Shown one piece after another: positions 60,950 to 64,000 of a stretch of DNA of 64,000 nucleotides; positions within the stretch are counted from its first letter, which is position 1; each line of letters opens with the position of its first letter. Below the pieces are notes generated by a model. That model was not told the DNA's origin. It was given only the letters and a program-made list of their open reading frames with translations, and did not search any database. Source of the DNA: an uncultured Candidatus Rokubacteria bacterium (GTDB lineage Bacteria; Methylomirabilota; Methylomirabilia; Rokubacteriales; CSP1-6); assembly GCA_963789955.1 (NCBI GenBank), contig CAWBMV010000006.1, positions 1-64,000 on the forward strand, given 5' to 3'. Both the position numbers and the translations under genes were made by a program.

Positions 60950-61549
60950 TCAGCGAAGCACCGGGGCAGGCCGCAGCGGAGCCAGTAACTCGACGATGAC
61001 CTTTCGAGCGGCGACCACATAGGCCGACTCGAGAGTGATGGTTCCCGGCGTCGGCACGGGCGCCGCCGTTCGGTGTTGGCGCCAGATCTCCTGTCCGGTC
61101 GGGGCATCGATCAGGCTGGCGGTCACCGCGACGATGACGAAGCGCGTTTCCGTCGGGGAGTCGGGCTCCCAGCGGCGGATCTCAAGGTAGAGCAATCGGC
61201 TCTTCATGCCGCTCTGGCGGGCGAGCTCGAGGGCCGACTCGCGGCTCACGGGCACGCGTCCCTTGAGCGCCGCCTGTTGAGTGATCCAGTCGCCGACCTC
61301 GAACCCTTTTTCCTGCAGGCGGAAGCGGGCTTCCGACTGAAGCACGTCGCCGACGCTGACGGCACCGGTGCGACGGATGTACCTGTCGATGAGCCCGCCG
61401 CCTTGGACGAGGAGCGGATCGGCCGTCAGATTGTTCACGGGCATCACGGCGATGGTCCCGGCGATTCCGAGCGGCGCGGATAGCGTCGTGGTCCCGCAGC
61501 TCGAAGACATCACCAGCAGCCCGAGCGACAGGAAGAGGCGGCGCGTCAT
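60950..61549 (-). CDS. Lipoprotein (DUF799/CsgG-like fold suspected)
   Basis: Signal peptide ending SSSC, IAVMPVNN, ASLIDAPTGQEIW. ATG overlaps the upstream stop. Confidence 0.6.
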   Translation of the reverse strand: MTRRLFLSLGLLVMSSSCGTTTLSAPLGIAGTIAVMPVNNLTADPLLVQGGGLIDRYIRRTGAVSVGDVLQSEARFRLQEKGFEVGDWITQQAALKGRVPVSRESALELARQSGMKSRLLYLEIRRWEPDSPTETRFVIVAVTASLIDAPTGQEIWRQHRTAAPVPTPGTITLESAYVVAARKVIVELLAPLRPAPVLR

Positions 61550-64000
61550 CGAGGCGCTCCGTCCGATGGCGCCGGGCGCAGACGGTGCTCCATCGACTGG
61601 AGCTGTTGCCGCAGGCGCTCCTGTTCGGATTGCAGGGTGCCGAGAGTCCTGCGGACGTCGGCCAGCTCCACCGAAGGGCCTTCTCGCGCGGCTGCGCTGA
61701 CGACGTCGGGGACCAGACGACTGACTTCTCGCATGAACACGTCGGCGCGTGCCGTGTCGCCGCGCGTCGCCGCGAGCGCGTAACGGAACAACGTGAGCCC
61801 AGCGCGTCGCGCGTCCGCGGCGGCCGGCGTCGGCGGGAGAACTGGCTCGGGACGGTCGGCGAGCTTGCGCGCCAACGCCTCGGTGTAGTCGGCGAGTGGC
61901 TCGCCGATGAGCCAATCCTTGTCGCCGGTCGCGCCCATCCGCGTGAGCCGCGGTGCGAGGAACTCGATGAGGGGCTGCTCGTCGCGGCTCACCGGGCCGT
62001 CCGGGATCACGCCCGGCGACGATGACAGGTCGCCGAGATAGAGCATCGCGATCGCGAGCGGGGCGGTGAGGAGCGAATCGCGGCTCCAGTCCGGGAGTAT
62101 GCCGAGCCGCTGAGCCATGTGGTCGAGGTCCACGCGAAGCGGTTGCCGGCTGCCGATGAGGCCGAGCACCGGGCGATTCGGGTAGAAATCGTTGCGCCAC
62201 AGCGTGACATGCGGAAACGCCGTCATGAACGTCCGCGCGATGATCTCGAACTCTTCCCGCGTGAGCTGGTAGAGCGGCAGCCACTGGCAGAACAGGCCGC
62301 TGTCGCTCAGCCGGCGCGCCGCCGTCCGGTACATGTCGACCGAGTAGAGATTGCCGGTCGAGGCGTGCCAGGGAATGAACAAGTCCGACACGATGACGTC
62401 GAACCGCGCGTCGCTGGCGGCGAGATAGCGCCGGCCGTCGTCGACCACCAGCCGCACGTCGCGCCGATCCAGCAGGCCGGCGTTCCATTTGCTGAAATGC
62501 TTCTGGGCCAGCACGGCGACCTCGGGAACGACCTCGACGACCGTAACGTCGTCGACCTTCAGCGCGATGGCCGCACTCGCACTGATGCCGGTGGCCATGC
62601 CGATGAAGGCTATCCGACGCGGCGACGGATGCAACAGCAGGGGGATCAGTCCGAGCCGGCGCTCGTTGCGCTCGGCCGCGCTGCCGCCGAGCACGTAGTA
62701 GTTATCCAGCCGCAGCTGGCGATCGTCGCCGGTGTCGACGACGCTCACGATGCCGGACGGGCTCTCGAGCAGAGCCTGTACGGTCTCACCCGGATTCAGG
62801 AAAGTCAGCGGCGCGCGGAGCGGATCGGCGACGACGACCAGAACGAGGCCCGCGTAAGCGAGCCAGCGCATACGGCGATCGATGTCGACGAGAAAGGCGG
62901 CGAGCAAGAGGGAGACGACGGCGGCCAGCAGGAATCCCGCGCGCACCCCGAGCCAGGGCAGCACCGCGAACCCTGCCGCGACCGCACCGCCGATGCCGCC
63001 GACGAGGTTGGCACTCGTCAACCCGCCGACCGGACGCGCGGAGCTGTCGCGCTCGCCGACCGCGGCCCACAGCGCCGGCAGCACGACACCCGAGGCGAGC
63101 GTCGCCGGTCCGGCAGTCAGGACGACGAGTCCCACGATGCGCGCGACGTATTCGACCAACCCTGACTGCATGCCCACGTATCGCAAGCCGCCGGTCAGGT
63201 GGACGAAGGCCCACACGCCCGCGATCGTCGCGAGGCCCGCGAGGAGGAGACCGGCTCCGGCGAGACGCCTCGGCGCGAGGCGACGAAGAAGAAGGGCCGA
63301 CAGCTCGGCGCCGGCGGCGAGCGCGAGGAGGAATACCAAGGTCACTGCGGCGAACGAATAGACCGAGTTGTGCAGTACCTGAGCGAAGAGAACGACCCAG
63401 AGGATCTCCAGGCTCATGCCGACGAACCCGAGGCCCAGCGCGACCAGTAGGAGCGAGCGCGGCGCCGATATCGTCGCGACGGCGGAGCGCGGCGCGTCAG
63501 GTTCGGACGCATCACCGATCGCCAGCGCGACGCCGCCGGCCAGGGCGCTCGCCGCGGCGGCCACGAAGTAGCAGGCCGTAACCCCGATCAGCGCCGGGAG
63601 GCCAAACCCCATCGCCGCGACGCCGATCGCGCCGCCGAGGGTGTTCAGGGCATAGAGCGCACCGCCGCGTCGCCCGACCAGGTCAGGCGCGGCAAGTGCC
63701 TGGCAGAGCGTCGGCAAGGTGGCGCCCAGCGCGGCCGTAACGGGCACCACGATGAGCGCGACGACCGCCACGCGGCCGACCGGGCCGACGGCGATCAGCG
63801 CCCGCTGCGCACCATCGGACGCGAGCAGGGAGAACGCGGCCCACGACAGCACGGCGCCGCCGCTCGCCGTCAACTCGAGTAAGGCGTAGCGCCGAACGGG
63901 CCGGAGTGGCGCGAGTCGCGCGAGCCAGGCGCCGGCGCCGAGCCCGGCGAAATAGGCCGCGACGACCGTCGCCGTCGTCACGGCCGTCGCGCCGAGCACG
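61546..64000 (-). CDS. Fused membrane (MFS-like)/spermidine synthase family protein (5' end outside window)
   Basis: Multiple TM segments (LYALNTLGG, SVYSFA), then IGMATGIS, VEVVPEV, DDGRRYL, FDVIVSDLF, QWLPLYQ. Confidence 0.85.
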   Translation of the reverse strand, partial: VLGATAVTTATVVAAYFAGLGAGAWLARLAPLRPVRRYALLELTASGGAVLSWAAFSLLASDGAQRALIAVGPVGRVAVVALIVVPVTAALGATLPTLCQALAAPDLVGRRGGALYALNTLGGAIGVAAMGFGLPALIGVTACYFVAAAASALAGGVALAIGDASEPDAPRSAVATISAPRSLLLVALGLGFVGMSLEILWVVLFAQVLHNSVYSFAAVTLVFLLALAAGAELSALLLRRLAPRRLAGAGLLLAGLATIAGVWAFVHLTGGLRYVGMQSGLVEYVARIVGLVVLTAGPATLASGVVLPALWAAVGERDSSARPVGGLTSANLVGGIGGAVAAGFAVLPWLGVRAGFLLAAVVSLLLAAFLVDIDRRMRWLAYAGLVLVVVADPLRAPLTFLNPGETVQALLESPSGIVSVVDTGDDRQLRLDNYYVLGGSAAERNERRLGLIPLLLHPSPRRIAFIGMATGISASAAIALKVDDVTVVEVVPEVAVLAQKHFSKWNAGLLDRRDVRLVVDDGRRYLAASDARFDVIVSDLFIPWHASTGNLYSVDMYRTAARRLSDSGLFCQWLPLYQLTREEFEIIARTFMTAFPHVTLWRNDFYPNRPVLGLIGSRQPLRVDLDHMAQRLGILPDWSRDSLLTAPLAIAMLYLGDLSSSPGVIPDGPVSRDEQPLIEFLAPRLTRMGATGDKDWLIGEPLADYTEALARKLADRPEPVLPPTPAAADARRAGLTLFRYALAATRGDTARADVFMREVSRLVPDVVSAAAREGPSVELADVRRTLGTLQSEQERLRQQLQSMEHRLRPAPSDGAPR

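Overview
High-GC bacterial chromosomal window. The gene content (many Amidohydro_2 paralogues, Tat-exported solute-binding proteins, cyclase-STAND-TPR and sigma54-STAND fusions, DUF222-HNH) suggests Candidatus Rokubacteria/Methylomirabilota; this is an inference. Many genes are split by single-base indels that cluster in patches, most likely long-read assembly errors, so genes are reported as reconstructed units. Content: a decayed toxin-antitoxin/helicase patch (0.7-3.7 kb); a secreted beta-helix protein; a split FluG-like pair (GS-like ligase plus amidohydrolase); Liv-type and Opp/Dpp-type ABC transporters; flavin and molybdenum oxidoreductases; an amidase; a signalling island (DZR-cyclase-STAND-TPR and a sigma54-AAA+-HTH-STAND-TPR fusion divergent from a ferritin-like diiron gene); an aromatic ring-cleavage cluster; paired acyl-CoA dehydrogenases; xth; and a spermidine-synthase fusion. 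No rRNA, tRNA or CRISPR array was seen. Best leads: (1) an ABC substrate-binding protein with an in-frame UGA followed by a SECIS-like hairpin, a candidate selenoprotein; (2) four sigma54 promoters, including a duplicated promoter + 17-bp dyad enhancer + small CAWC zinc-finger gene module, near an inverted-architecture enhancer-binding protein fused to a STAND-TPR sensor; (3) an RSPP-ending leader peptide upstream of a secreted protein.
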